DNA of 64,000 nucleotides from Tubulanus polymorphus (taxonomy: Eukaryota; Animalia; Nemertea). The notes under the pieces were generated by a model, which was not told the DNA's origin, searched no databases, and worked only from the letters and a program-made list of their open reading frames with translations. Positions 35,874-47,707 of the stretch are shown one piece after another. Position 1 is the stretch's first letter. The number at the start of each line of letters is the position of its first letter. Location: contig NC_134026.1 of the NCBI RefSeq assembly GCF_964204645.1, positions 12,733,950-12,797,949 of the forward strand, in the 5' to 3' direction. The position numbers were made by a program, and so were the translations under genes.

Positions 35874-36301
35874 TGTAAGGAATAATTCCTGAAATTCTGC
35901 TTTATTGTATTCTGTATACTGTATTTGATATATTTCTATGGTTGTTATTTCATGGTTTCTGGTCATGGTAATTCTATAGCCTGAGAATTTGTATAGTTCA
36001 ATAGATATATCAGATATTGAGATTTTTGGTCACTTGTTATATGGATTTAGACCTGTAAGGTTGTGTTGCTGTATTTGAGTAAAGGGTGAAGATTTAAATT
36101 GAAGGTTTAGACAGCCAAATATTACGGTAAATTGCTAATATAAAGATATTCTCTTATGTCAATAATTATACAAATTTATTTATGATAATTTTCTATTTGT
36201 TTGTAGTTAATCGTGCATCCGTGTTTGTGACGTCTGAAAATAAATGTCCTAATGATTTTTTGCCACGGAACATGAATCTTACGTATCGGTTGATCTTCAC
36301 A
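35874..36301 (+). repeat. BEL 5' LTR
   Basis: TGTAAGG...CTTCACA, near-identical to 42278-42705. Confidence 0.97.
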
Positions 36302-36317
36302 TTTTATTAACGTAATA

Positions 36318-38672
36318 ATGGCTACAGCAGCAACTGGCCAACAAGATGTTAGGCCAAAAGAAACAAGAAATAGGTCGCTGACCGAAAAAGGTGTCGAATA
36401 CCAGAAGGAGAATAAACTGAAAGATAGAAAAAGTCTCCTGAAGAAGCTGAACAACCTGTCTAGTACTCTTCTGTCAGTTATTGAGCACAGTGACTATGAT
36501 GTTGTCCAGAATTCATACAAAGACTGGATCAAGACGTACGAGAATTTCTTGCAAGTTTCAGATGAGTACTGTCTTCTACTCAGTTCTAAAGAAAAAGAGA
36601 ATTTGTCGGTCGAAAGTAACGAGATGAATACATACTTCAACCAAGTCAAAATGGCGGCTGAAAATACTTTGTCGGTACTCGCAAGATCGAAACGGTCTGC
36701 TGAATCCAGGAAGTCTGTTAGATCAAAAGCTAGTTCAGTACGCTCTGATTTGAGTAAGGGTAGCTCCATAATATCTGCTCGTTTGAAAGAAGAACAGAGA
36801 AAAGCAGAGCTTAATGTCTTGCTGAATAGTAAGAAGAAAAAACAGACTCTTGAGCTTGAGAAATTGCGGCTGAAACAACAAGAAGAGTTTTTAGATTTGA
36901 ATACGCAGCTGGAAGTTAGTGAAGCGAAGAGTAACGTGATTGAAACACTTTTAGATAGGGAATCGAATAAGTCAATGATTGATGATAAATCGTTCCTTCC
37001 TGAACCATTTCCTACATTTCTGAAAAATGAAATAGCTGAAAATGATGGTTCTTACAGACCTTTGAATCCACGTGCTACTACGTTCATGCCATCTGATGTC
37101 GGAAGCGTTGTTAATGCGGAACCAAGAGGTCTAGATTCGATTGTGAAGCATATCAAAAAGCCGTTTGTTGAAATAAAAAAATTTGACGGAAATCCTCTTG
37201 AATACCGGCGTTTCATCCGTCAGTTCAATTCTAGAATTGCTGAGAATACGGACGACGACGATGAACGGCTAAACTTTCTCGAACAATTCACAATTGGTGA
37301 GGCAAATAGAATTGTAACAGGTCTTAGCTATATTGGTTCAACACGAGGATATCAAGCTGTTCTTACAGAGTTTGAAGAACGATACGGTGACTCGGCGATC
37401 ATTGCAAATGCTTTGTTAAAGAAAGCTATAAACTGGCCTATGATTAAGTCAGACAACAGTAAAGGCTTGGACGAATTCTCGATTTTCTTGTTAGAAGTAG
37501 AGAATGCTGTGAAAGATATAGATGCATTGAAACTTCTTGAGTACCCTGACAATCTGAGGAAGTTGGTGGGTAAATTACCATGGTCGCTTCAAGATAGATG
37601 GAGAACTATAGTACAGACAACGCGCTCTGCTGGTAATACTATAAATCTGAATACCTTAGTGAGTTTTGTACGGAAGGAGTCAAAAAAGGTGAACGACCCG
37701 ATTTTTGGTAAAGATATGATGGCTGCTGCGTTAGATCAGAAGAAAGACAAAAAGTCTCTGCGAATATCACAGGGTAGCCGAAATACTGTTGCTGCACAGA
37801 CGGGGAGCATTTCTCATACGAATCAACAAAACTCATTTAATCTTGCATTGAAGAAACCATGTATATACTGCGCTGGCGATCATGTATTAAATGATTGTAA
37901 AGACCTGTCTAATGTGGTCTTTGAAGAAAAAATATCTTTTCTTAAAAGAAAAGGCCTCTGTTGGGGTTGTCTCCGATCTGGACATCAGAAGAGAAATTGT
38001 AGATTGAAGATGAACTGTGATATATGTAAACGGTTGCATCCAAGTGTACTGCATGATGATTCTAGGTCACTTCCTGAAAACCCAGCAATTATGACACGAA
38101 GAGATCAGAATCAGAACACGATATCAGATGTAAAAGATGGAATTCCCTGTGGCGCCATAAATGATGGTGAAAAGAAGACAGATGGATTCTGTACTATGGC
38201 TATACTTCCAGTTAGAGTGAAAGTGAAGGGAAGAATTCCAGAAGTGATAACTTTCGCCTTCCTAGATCCTGGAAGTAGTATTTCTTTTTGTACTTCGTCG
38301 TTGTTGAAGCAGATCGGCGGTATTGGCAAGAAAGTGAGATTGAATCTCGACACTATGGCGAGGTCTACAATGCTTGATACTCAGATTGTTCATTGTTTAG
38401 AAGTCAGAGGTTTGGAAACTGAAGACGTAGTTTTCATGCCTGCTGTTTATACTACAGAGCAGATGCCAGTTTCACCACTGCATGTGCCAACAGAAGATGA
38501 CATCCGTAAATGGTCGCACATGAGTGATGTTAAATTGCCTAAGATAGATGCAGAAATTGGTCTGTTGATTGGCAATAATATTGCGGATGCATACACACCG
38601 TTCGAGTTACGCATACACACCGTTCGAGTTACGGACAGGCCCTGCTGGATCACCACATGCTTCCAGAACTAG
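36318..38672 (+). CDS. BEL/Pao Gag-protease portion of the polyprotein
   Basis: KFDGNPLEY gag motif, three Cys/His knuckles (CIYC..H..C, CWGC..H..C, CDIC..HP..LH), AFLDPGS protease. Confidence 0.92.
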   Translation: MATAATGQQDVRPKETRNRSLTEKGVEYQKENKLKDRKSLLKKLNNLSSTLLSVIEHSDYDVVQNSYKDWIKTYENFLQVSDEYCLLLSSKEKENLSVESNEMNTYFNQVKMAAENTLSVLARSKRSAESRKSVRSKASSVRSDLSKGSSIISARLKEEQRKAELNVLLNSKKKKQTLELEKLRLKQQEEFLDLNTQLEVSEAKSNVIETLLDRESNKSMIDDKSFLPEPFPTFLKNEIAENDGSYRPLNPRATTFMPSDVGSVVNAEPRGLDSIVKHIKKPFVEIKKFDGNPLEYRRFIRQFNSRIAENTDDDDERLNFLEQFTIGEANRIVTGLSYIGSTRGYQAVLTEFEERYGDSAIIANALLKKAINWPMIKSDNSKGLDEFSIFLLEVENAVKDIDALKLLEYPDNLRKLVGKLPWSLQDRWRTIVQTTRSAGNTINLNTLVSFVRKESKKVNDPIFGKDMMAAALDQKKDKKSLRISQGSRNTVAAQTGSISHTNQQNSFNLALKKPCIYCAGDHVLNDCKDLSNVVFEEKISFLKRKGLCWGCLRSGHQKRNCRLKMNCDICKRLHPSVLHDDSRSLPENPAIMTRRDQNQNTISDVKDGIPCGAINDGEKKTDGFCTMAILPVRVKVKGRIPEVITFAFLDPGSSISFCTSSLLKQIGGIGKKVRLNLDTMARSTMLDTQIVHCLEVRGLETEDVVFMPAVYTTEQMPVSPLHVPTEDDIRKWSHMSDVKLPKIDAEIGLLIGNNIADAYTPFELRIHTVRVTDRPCWITTCFQN

Positions 38673-41600
38673 ACTAGGATGGGTCGCCTGGAATGTTTTT
38701 AGATCTGGTGATGAAGACGATGATATAGTTACCGACACTGTTGACAAAATCAGCTGTGCTGTGAGTTCTCTTGATCAATTGGTTCAGGAAGCTATAGATT
38801 TTGACTTTCCTGAGCGAATTGCTGAAGATAAAAAACAATGGTCAGTTGAAGATCATAAATTTATGACGATGATGGAGTCCAATGTAAAAATAGAGAATGG
38901 ACAGTACCAATTACCAATGCCATGGCGTGACAAGAATTTGAGGTTTCCCAATAATATTCGGCATGCTGAGAAACGACTGTCAAATCTGAAAAATAAGCTG
39001 TTGAAAAATGACAAGTTTCGACATGACTATAATGTCTTTATGGACAATATATTGGCTAAAGGCTACGCGGAACAGGTTCCTAATGAAGATTTGCGTTTGG
39101 AAAATGGTCGTATATGGTATATACCTCATCACGGGGTATATCACCCCAAAAAACCTGAAAAAGTCCGTGTCGTTTTCGATTGTCCTGCACTTTATGGTGG
39201 AGTGTCTTTGAATTCTCAATTGTTACAAGGGCCAGATTTGACTAACACTTTGGTTGGTGTGTTGATACGTTTCAGACAAGAAAGAACCGCAATAATGGCA
39301 GATATAGAATCTATGTTTTATAGAGTAAGGGTTGCACCGGATGATAAAGACTGCTTGAGATTCTTATGGTGGCCGGATGGTGATTTGAACAAGAAAGCCA
39401 TACCATTCCGTATGTTAGTTCACTTATTTGGGGCAATCTCATCCCCGAGTTGTTCTAACTGGGCTTTACGCCGGACAGCCACTGACAACGTTAGCAAGTA
39501 TGAAGTAGAAGTTACCAATACAGTCTTGAAAAACTTCTATGTTGATGACTGTTTGAAGTCTCGTGTACAAGATGGTCAAAATCCAGAATTTGTGATGAAA
39601 CTGATATCTCTGTGTAAAGAAGGGGGCTTTCGACTCACCAAGTTTGTAAGTAATGATCGTTCTGTAATTGAAAGTTTGCCAGAAGAAGAGCTTGCTAAAT
39701 CTTGCAAGGAGTTGAAGAGTCTAGATTTTGGTTCGCCAACAGAAAGAGCATTGGGCGTCCACTGGAATATAGAGAACGACACTTATGGCTTCAGGATAAC
39801 TTCTAAGCATCAACCAAATACACGCAGAGGGATTTTGTCAACGGTCAGCACAGTCTATGATCCTTTGGGTATTGCTGCCCCATATGTACTGCCGGTGAAA
39901 ATTCTGCTACAGGACTTATGTAGAGAGAAGCTTTCATGGGATGAAGAAATTCCTGAAAAATATCTGAAAGTTTGGGAGAAATGGCAGGAAGGTTTACCTG
40001 GCCTTGAAGAGTTGGCTATATCACGATGCTTCAAACCTCAATGGTTTCATGGTTCTTCGAAATCTTGTCAGCTGCATCATTTTGCGGACGCAAGTGATGT
40101 TGGGTACGGCACTGTATCATATTTGCGCCTTGAAGATGAAAATGGTCAAGTACATTGTTGTTTTATATTTGCTAAAAGCAGAGTAGCTCCTTTGAAGAAA
40201 ATGACAGTTCCTAGGATGGAATTAGCTGCAGCTGCATTACTGATTAAGATGAATAAGATGATGTTGGAAGAATTGGAGTACAGTGTTTCAAATGTATATT
40301 TTTGGAGCGACAGCACTGCAGTACTGAAATATATTGCTAATGAGACTGCTCGTTATCACACTTTCGTAGCGAATAGAGTGAATTTAATTAGAGATGGTTC
40401 AACTATTCAGCAGTGGAAGTTTGTAGATGGTCATCTGAACCCAGCAGATTATGCGTCTAGGGGTTTGTCACTGGATTGTATAGAACAAAACTCAGTAGTA
40501 TGGTTACACGGCCCGGAGTTCCTTTGGAAGCCAATATCTGAGTGGCCATGTCAACACGGTGTTTTACGGTCCCTGAGTGATGATGATGTTGAGTTGAAGA
40601 AGACTTCTAATGCTGTACTTTCGGTTTCTGATGATGATCCTATAAAACATCTATTTAACTACTACTCAAGCTGGCATAGACTCAAACGTGCCGTTGCATG
40701 GTTTTTAAGGTTGAAAGATTGTTTGCTGTTGAGAGTAAGTAAACGTCTTTCTGGTGAAAACGCTAATGCTGAACGATTGAATACCAATAAGCTGAGTACT
40801 GATGATCTTCAAAGAGCCGAGCTGGCAATTATTAAATGCGTACAGGAAGATTATTTCAGGAAAGAATTAGTGATTCTCCGTTCAAATGATAGAAAGTTGA
40901 TTCCCAGAGGTAGTCAATTGTATCAACTAGATCCTGTTTTAGAAGACGATATAATCCGTGTTGGTGGTCGGCTGAGAAAAGCATATTTTCTTGAATATGA
41001 ACAACGACATCCGGTTGTATTGCCTAGATGTTCTCATGTGTCGAAATTGATATTGTTGAGTGTTCATGCATCGGTCGGGCATCTTGGTAAAAGCTCAATG
41101 TTAGCCCGATTGCGCGAGCGTTACTGGATTTTAAGGGCTAATCAACTGGTTAAGGATATAACGAGGAAATGTGTTTTATGTAAAAAGTACCGTGGTCAAG
41201 TTTGTAATCAGAAGATGGCAGATCTTCCTCAAGAGCGATTGTTGCCTGACAATCCGCCATTTACTAATACGGGAACAGATTACTTTGGCCCGTGTGAGGT
41301 AAAACGGGGTCGTTGTATTGAGAAGCGTTATGGTGTTATCTTCACCTGCCTGGTAACTAGGGCTGTTCATTTGGAGGTCTCGCCTACTCTGGACACATCT
41401 GGTTGTATTAACGCTTATCGCAGATTTATCGCACGACGTGGAAATGTACGTCTAATTCGATCTGATAATGGAACCAATTTTGTTGGAACCAATCGAGAGC
41501 TACAGAGGAATATTGATTGTTGGAATAAGGACCAAATCCATGATTTCTTATTGCAGAACAATGTCAAGTGGATTTTTAATCCTCCAGGTGCGAGTCACTT

Positions 41601-42168
41601 TGGAGGTGTATGGGAACGCCTCATTCGTTCCGTCCGTAAAATCTTGTTTTCATTGATGAAAGAACAAGGTTCAAATCTAAATGATGATAATTTATCCACA
41701 TTGTTCTGTGAGGTCGAGTCGATTTTGAATAGTCGACCTATATCTACGTTATCAAATGATCCAAATGATCTACAACCTTTAACCCCGAATCACCTATTAC
41801 TGTTACACAAAGGATCTACTTTTCCTCCCGGACTATTTGACAAATCCGATTTATATACTCGACGTCGTTGGAGGCAAGTTCAGCATATTGCGAATGTTTT
41901 CTGGAAGCGGTGGACATCTGAGTATTTGCATCTCCTGCAGATTCGCAGTAAATGGAATACTGCGAAACGAAACTTATGTGTTGGAGATATTGTCTTCATC
42001 GTCGATGGATCCATCCGTAACTCGTGGACTCTATCGCGTATTTCAGAAGTCCATCGTGATCGAAAAGGTTTTGTTCGTTCGGCTTCAGTAAGAACGGCAA
42101 AGGGTACTATTTTTCAGCGTCCTATTGATAAGCTGTGCGTTCTCGTCGAAAATGAAATTAAACTTTAG
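38569..42168 (+). CDS. BEL/Pao RT-RNase H-integrase portion of the polyprotein
   Basis: YIPHHGV, ADIESMF, FYVDD, FADAS, PRMEL, NPADYASRG, DYFGP, SDNGTNF, GVWERLIRSV. Confidence 0.95.
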   Translation: MAIILRMHTHRSSYAYTPFELRTGPAGSPHASRTRLGWVAWNVFRSGDEDDDIVTDTVDKISCAVSSLDQLVQEAIDFDFPERIAEDKKQWSVEDHKFMTMMESNVKIENGQYQLPMPWRDKNLRFPNNIRHAEKRLSNLKNKLLKNDKFRHDYNVFMDNILAKGYAEQVPNEDLRLENGRIWYIPHHGVYHPKKPEKVRVVFDCPALYGGVSLNSQLLQGPDLTNTLVGVLIRFRQERTAIMADIESMFYRVRVAPDDKDCLRFLWWPDGDLNKKAIPFRMLVHLFGAISSPSCSNWALRRTATDNVSKYEVEVTNTVLKNFYVDDCLKSRVQDGQNPEFVMKLISLCKEGGFRLTKFVSNDRSVIESLPEEELAKSCKELKSLDFGSPTERALGVHWNIENDTYGFRITSKHQPNTRRGILSTVSTVYDPLGIAAPYVLPVKILLQDLCREKLSWDEEIPEKYLKVWEKWQEGLPGLEELAISRCFKPQWFHGSSKSCQLHHFADASDVGYGTVSYLRLEDENGQVHCCFIFAKSRVAPLKKMTVPRMELAAAALLIKMNKMMLEELEYSVSNVYFWSDSTAVLKYIANETARYHTFVANRVNLIRDGSTIQQWKFVDGHLNPADYASRGLSLDCIEQNSVVWLHGPEFLWKPISEWPCQHGVLRSLSDDDVELKKTSNAVLSVSDDDPIKHLFNYYSSWHRLKRAVAWFLRLKDCLLLRVSKRLSGENANAERLNTNKLSTDDLQRAELAIIKCVQEDYFRKELVILRSNDRKLIPRGSQLYQLDPVLEDDIIRVGGRLRKAYFLEYEQRHPVVLPRCSHVSKLILLSVHASVGHLGKSSMLARLRERYWILRANQLVKDITRKCVLCKKYRGQVCNQKMADLPQERLLPDNPPFTNTGTDYFGPCEVKRGRCIEKRYGVIFTCLVTRAVHLEVSPTLDTSGCINAYRRFIARRGNVRLIRSDNGTNFVGTNRELQRNIDCWNKDQIHDFLLQNNVKWIFNPPGASHFGGVWERLIRSVRKILFSLMKEQGSNLNDDNLSTLFCEVESILNSRPISTLSNDPNDLQPLTPNHLLLLHKGSTFPPGLFDKSDLYTRRRWRQVQHIANVFWKRWTSEYLHLLQIRSKWNTAKRNLCVGDIVFIVDGSIRNSWTLSRISEVHRDRKGFVRSASVRTAKGTIFQRPIDKLCVLVENEIKL

Positions 42169-42277
42169 ATTCTCTTTGTTACTTTAGATTCATCGTGCTT
42201 AACAGTCAAGAATAGGTTTTTGTTTTTGGACATTATCGTTATTATGTTAATTGAGTTTCTCAATTAGGGGGCGGGTA

Positions 42278-42705
42278 TGTAAGGAATAATTCCTGAAATT
42301 CTGCTTTATTGTATTCTGTATACTGTATTTGATATATTTCTATGGTTGTTATTTCATGGTTTCTGGTCATGGTAATTCTATAGCCTGAGAATTTGTATAG
42401 TTCAATAGATATATCAGATATTGAGATTTTTGGTCACTTGTTATATGGATTTAGACCTGTAAGGTTGTGTTGCTGTATTTGAGTAAAGGGTGAAGATTTA
42501 AATTGAAGGTTTAGACAGCCAAATATTACGGTAAATTGCTAATATAAAGATATTCTCTTATGTCAATAATTATACAAATTTATTTATGGTAATTTTCTAT
42601 TTGTTTGTAGTTAATCGTGCATCCGTGTTTGTGACGTCTGAAAATAAATGTCCTAATGATTTTTTGCCACGGAACATGAATCTTACGTATCGGTTGATCT
42701 TCACA
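42278..42705 (+). repeat. BEL 3' LTR
   Basis: Preceded by AGGGGGCGGGTA; near-identical to the 5' LTR. Confidence 0.97.
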
Positions 42706-43103
42706 ATATTGTTTATTTATCCGCTATAAAGTTCCGATAAAAGATTGGTCGTTAAGGATCATTATCAGACGGTCGTGACGCTCTATATAAAATCACAAGG
42801 GATGAAACGGAAGTTGAGACAGTCACGTGACTTAACGCTTCTTATTTGACAGAATGCAAACCTGAAGCATCTAAGATGGAAACTATGATACGAAAAATAT
42901 TTGAGAATAACTTATACATTCAAATGCATTTTTTGTCTATGAATTATATATTTGATCATAAATTATTCTTTATTAGTTATTAATTTCATATGAATCATAA
43001 TCTGACAATTGATATCGGTCTGTGAATATGTTAACTTTTCATGTCAAAGTTTTAAATGTGATGACATCATCAGAATGTCACGTGACTGTGCCAACTACCC
43101 CTG

Positions 43104-43490
43104 TGAAGCTGGCTACCGGTTCCCGGTTCAAAACCATTTTGAATCGGGAGCCGAATCGGAAACCGGTAGCCGGCTACCGGTTCGGCTCCCGATTCAAAAT
43201 GTGAAGCTGGATACTCATTCGATTCGACTCTATTGCGGACAGCAGGTAAACATAATTACATAACTATGTCTGCTGAAATGAGTGCAACCTTGACTTCGGC
43301 CACCAGGCTAATCGAGACGTCTGAATTAACACCATGCGTGTGACGATTTCCTCCCGATTCAAAATCATTTTCAATCGGGAGCCGAACCGGGAACCGGGAG
43401 CCGGCTACTGGTTCCCGGCTCCCGGTCCAAAATCATTTCAATCGGGAGCCGAACCGGGAATCGGGAACCGGCTACTGGTTCGGCTCGAGC
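43104..43490. repeat. GC-rich foldback-like repeats (AATCGGGAGCCGAA/CCGGCTACCGGTTC units)
   Basis: Multiple direct and inverted copies of the same modules. Confidence 0.7.
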
Positions 43491-43646
43491 CCCCAGTGAA
43501 GTTCATTACTTGTTCCTTATTCCTTATTACTTATTCAGAATTCATCTCCCAATACAAGTAACATGTTACTTGTTCCTTATTGGGAGAAGAATTCTGAATA
43601 AGTAACGGAATAAGGAACAAGGAACAAGTAATGAACTTCACTGGGG
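43491..43646. mobile_element. 156-bp palindromic MITE-like element
   Basis: CCCCAGTGAAGTTCATTACTTGTTCCTT...AAGGAACAAGTAATGAACTTCACTGGGG. Confidence 0.75.
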
Positions 43647-44405
43647 CAAATAACAACACCTGTTGGAATATCACATTCCCGAAGGTTTGGGTCCCCGATT
43701 ACGACAATTTCGGTTGTAGGCGCTTCTTCGGGCTTCTTCGCATCATTGGTTTCGGTTTTTCCAGGTTCAATATCACGCTGCTTGACTAACGGACAATCAC
43801 GCCTTATATGATCCGGTGATTTACATTCATGGCACAATCGGTTATTAAAACGGTTTGGACAGTCAAACAATTTATGATCACTGTTCATGCCCATAGACAT
43901 ACAACGCTGGCAGTGACTGTCACAGAACAAGCGCATGAAAAATCCCCAATTTTCGTGTAGTTGGGCATCACGGTTTTAATGTTATTTAACTGCAAATATC
44001 TAGGTCCAGTGAATATAGAAGTTCCTTTGATGACACCATTTTTATAGAACCGCTAACATAGTCTCCGAACTGAGATATAAAAGCTACGATTGTTCTATCA
44101 TCCATTTCGATAGGAGCGTCTACGACTTTAATATTAATCACATTCACATCGACGTCAGTAAATCTAACGTTAGTTTTCAGCACCTGGAAGGTCCCGTTGG
44201 ACAGTGTAGATTTCGTATCATTATCTGTAGCAGTCACTATACAATAAGAGTCAGTAAGTTGAACTGAAAGAATCTTACTCACATCGACTTTCGACTTGAG
44301 ACCACCTACAACATTCAAATGAGACAATTTTCCTTTACCAAACTGTCTCAAATCAAATTTAACTGAATTCTCCCTGGTAATACTTGATTTTTGTTTACTT
44401 TCCAT
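43647..44405 (-). pseudogene. L1/Tx1-type ORF1 remnant with zinc knuckles
   Basis: IKVVDAPIEMDDRTIVAFISQFG; CQRC...H...C and CHECKSPDHIRRDC in ORFs 43986-44405 and 43577-43936. Confidence 0.75.
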
Positions 44406-46378
44406 GGTAATATCTCCTCTAATCCACTATTAATCAACAATATTTGCGGAGGTCCAAATTAACGTGTCTACTAGTAATCCGCCATCTTGTTCAATGTCTA
44501 TTAATCTTTTTATTGATCATGAAAAATTGTAGTAAAATATTTGAATCTACGGTTGGTTTTAGATTGTATCTCTCCACGCGGGAGGTAATCACGGATATCG
44601 GACTACAAACAAACTCCTTGTGTACAGCTCAACTATATCTCAATGATGATTAAACATTAATTTTCCCAAAAATTCTCCCCTTCGAAAAACCTAAACAACG
44701 TGTACGCTTGCTTTAAGTTTGCCAATGGACTATTGTTACCTTTTCTAGCTATTTGTTCTGTTTGCCGCAAACAGATTGCGTCCTCTATTACAGGAATAAA
44801 GGATACAGCTGCTCAAAAGTTAGTTTAAATTAACCATTCACCATTATACATGACCAAATACACAATTAATATGAAAAAGATCCACTATGTACACATTTCA
44901 AATTTCAAACCAATATTTATCATCAGAAAATTACGACACAACGTTCGATTTCTCACTAGAGATCATCTTTTTGAATTTGTACAGTGAGTTTTGGTATCGT
45001 ATTTTCGTATCGTATTATCGCATTATCGTAATTCTCCGCATTTGAGTGTGACTATTCTACAAGTATAAAGTTATTTTAGCAATGTTTAGCAAGTTTTAAT
45101 TGTCATTATAAATTTTCGCTATCCACTGGTAAACTTACTAACTTTTGGCAACTGACCTTAGATCGTGGAATGGTCTCAGGTGGCCTGCTGATCCACCCTT
45201 TACTTACACTGCTAAATAAATATACAGTATAAGACGTAAAAAGTATAGAATATAGAAATATAGAAGTACTATTTATCTTTATATCGCGATAATTCGTGTA
45301 CATATGATTGAAAAACGATATTCTATGGAGTCTCTTGGTACTTATGATTATTGTGTGTAAAATCAATAATTAGCAACCTTCCACTGATACGAAGCAGCCT
45401 AAGAAGACATCCTACCATAATTTTCCTCGCAACTCTCAGCATTATTTCAAGGGTCGGTCTTATATGAAGAAAATATATGAAAGACGTGTTCACAGGTTAA
45501 CGGGCCAAAAATCTTCCCCAAAATTTCAAATTTTTACAAGCAAAGATAATATACTTCATGCTTTTGGTGCAAAAAATGCATGACCACAAATTGCAAATTG
45601 TGTTTTCAAAATATCGATTGAGTGTGGAATTGTTTCGAATTCAGGGATCTCCCATTAACTCTCCGATATTTTTCAATAAGATAAGTCCAACTATCAGATG
45701 GCCAGTTGAATACTTCTTCATTATATTGAACGATATGTTATACTTAATGCATCTTTTCTTAGGCCTTACAGCTTTCTCTATTGGTCAGTGTTGTGATCAC
45801 TCAAAATTAACCATAAGTTTGAATTCTCACTGAACTACTACATCACTATAACCAATATATATATTTCATATCAGGGGATTAACTTTGATCTGTGGTCAGT
45901 GGACAGCAGCTACGAAACATTTAAAACTACTACATTATCATTCCATCTATATTCATATATATATGATATGATATCTTCTTTAATGTTCAGTTTAAACGTC
46001 TTGAACGCAAACGTTTGACAAGTTTCGCATGTTGGTACCGATACGCACGTTCACGCGAGTGAAATGTGCACGTTACAGGCTCAAATGCGCACGTTACAAT
46101 TACAAATCGAAACGTTGATCGTTCAAAACCCCACGTGAAAATCTTTTGCATTTAGTGGACGATTTCGCTCGGGGAAGTTAGCTCGCTACCTACAATAAAA
46201 ACAATTCTGACAAGACTTTTCAAGCGACAAATTTAAATGTAAGAGCTAGTAGTACTAACGAAGGATTCAGGCAATACACCGTGTCATTTCTAAAAACATT
46301 TAACCGGAAATTAGACAGGACTTGTGTAGCTTGTACAGGTAAAAGATCTTGTTATATTTACGTTTAGGCCAAATGAAA

Positions 46379-46900
46379 TTATTTGATACCAGACACGACA
46401 AAGTTGTTACCGAAACAGATAAATATATCTATGTGGTCAGTATTGGTCAAGATTTGGTCAGTTGAATAGTTGTTAGATACCACACCATATCTAATTATTT
46501 GACACCACACACGACTGTGTTGCTTCTAAAATAGAAAAATTACTTTAGGGTCAGTATTGGTCAAAATTGGTCAGTTAATTAGTTGTTAATTCATAGCCCG
46601 CGCCATATTTAGTCGCTCGACGTCCAAACACGATTTTATTGCTTTACTAAAGTAAATATAAATTACTTATGGTGGGCTCTGGTTAGCACTGGTAACTGGT
46701 CAGTACTGGTCAAGCATTGGTCAGTTAAACAATTTTTAGATTAATGCCCACGTCATATCTAGTTATTTGACACCAAACAACTTAATTGTTTGCAAAACAA
46801 ATAATTTACTGTATGGTACTGGTCATGCATTGGTCAGTTAATAGACCAAGGTCCACGCCACGCGTTATTTGATACCAAACATGATTGGATTGTGTCGTTT
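46379..46900. repeat. Degenerate ~120-bp tandem repeat rich in TTGGTCA
   Basis: Recurring TTATTTGAYACCA and ATTGGTCA(A/G) blocks, 4-5 copies. Confidence 0.6.
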
Positions 46901-47707
46901 CGGAAAATTTATCTGTTTGGCAATTTGTGGTCAGCCCTGGTTCGTTAGGTTCTTATTTTGCGGGCATTTTATCTCGAACACCGAAAGACTGAATTACTAA
47001 TCAATTCAACAGATCATTAATTAATGGAAATGAAGATCAGTGTTTAACTAATAGTCCTTAGTGTGAATAAAATGTCTCTGGTCTGGGTGCTATAGTGCTT
47101 ACTGTATCTAATTCTTTTTATTTTCACTACTACCGTAATTGACTATGATGTTTTCAAGTGGTCTTAAGTACCCCTAATAGCCGAAAGTCGTTGATTTATG
47201 TGAAATTTACATACAGCGCCATCCGTTGGTGGTAAAACTAACCCGAGCAATACGGGTGTTAAATAGATACGCTAGCAAACCGGCATTCAGACCGGCTACC
47301 AGTCTTCACGCGACTCGACTCTACCAGTACCGCTATCGGAGCCATCCTTTTCTTATCAGTTGGAATTACGATGATGATGGCGTCGCTGGCGACGGCGGTT
47401 AGGCATGGAACGTTTCGAAATGTTCTGTCAACGAGGCTTATTAAAGTAAAATCTGGATTAGAGCATCCGAAGCCTTTTTCAATTTGCAAGTGGTATTCTA
47501 TAACAGCATCGTCTAATACGGTAGGCCCTAATGATATGTAATAGATGAAATCTAAGTGACGGACGCCTCGTCACAGCTTGATTCAATTTTTCATAGTAAG
47601 AAATGATAGCGATTGGGGAAAACAACCTCAAGTACGGGGTAACGAAGTCGAAAACACTCAAAATATTGTCAGTGACAAGGAGCACACTTAAATGTTGTTA
47701 ATGAAAC

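Larger units (their letters stand above)
35874..42705 (+). mobile_element. BEL/Pao LTR retrotransposon, full length and recent
   Basis: 428-bp TG...CA LTRs, 5-bp TSD ATATT (35869-35873 and 42706-42710), purine tract before the 3' LTR, Gag-PR-RT-RH-IN. Confidence 0.97.
35752..43097. mobile_element. P-type MITE copy 1, split by the BEL insertion and missing its right TIR
   Basis: 35752-35873 joined to 42711-43097 matches the intact copy at 47708-48220. Confidence 0.85.

Noticed and set aside
38569-38672. Programmed ribosomal frameshift between the BEL ORFs
   Set aside because: Fully explained by a 22-bp tandem duplication; BEL elements normally have one ORF
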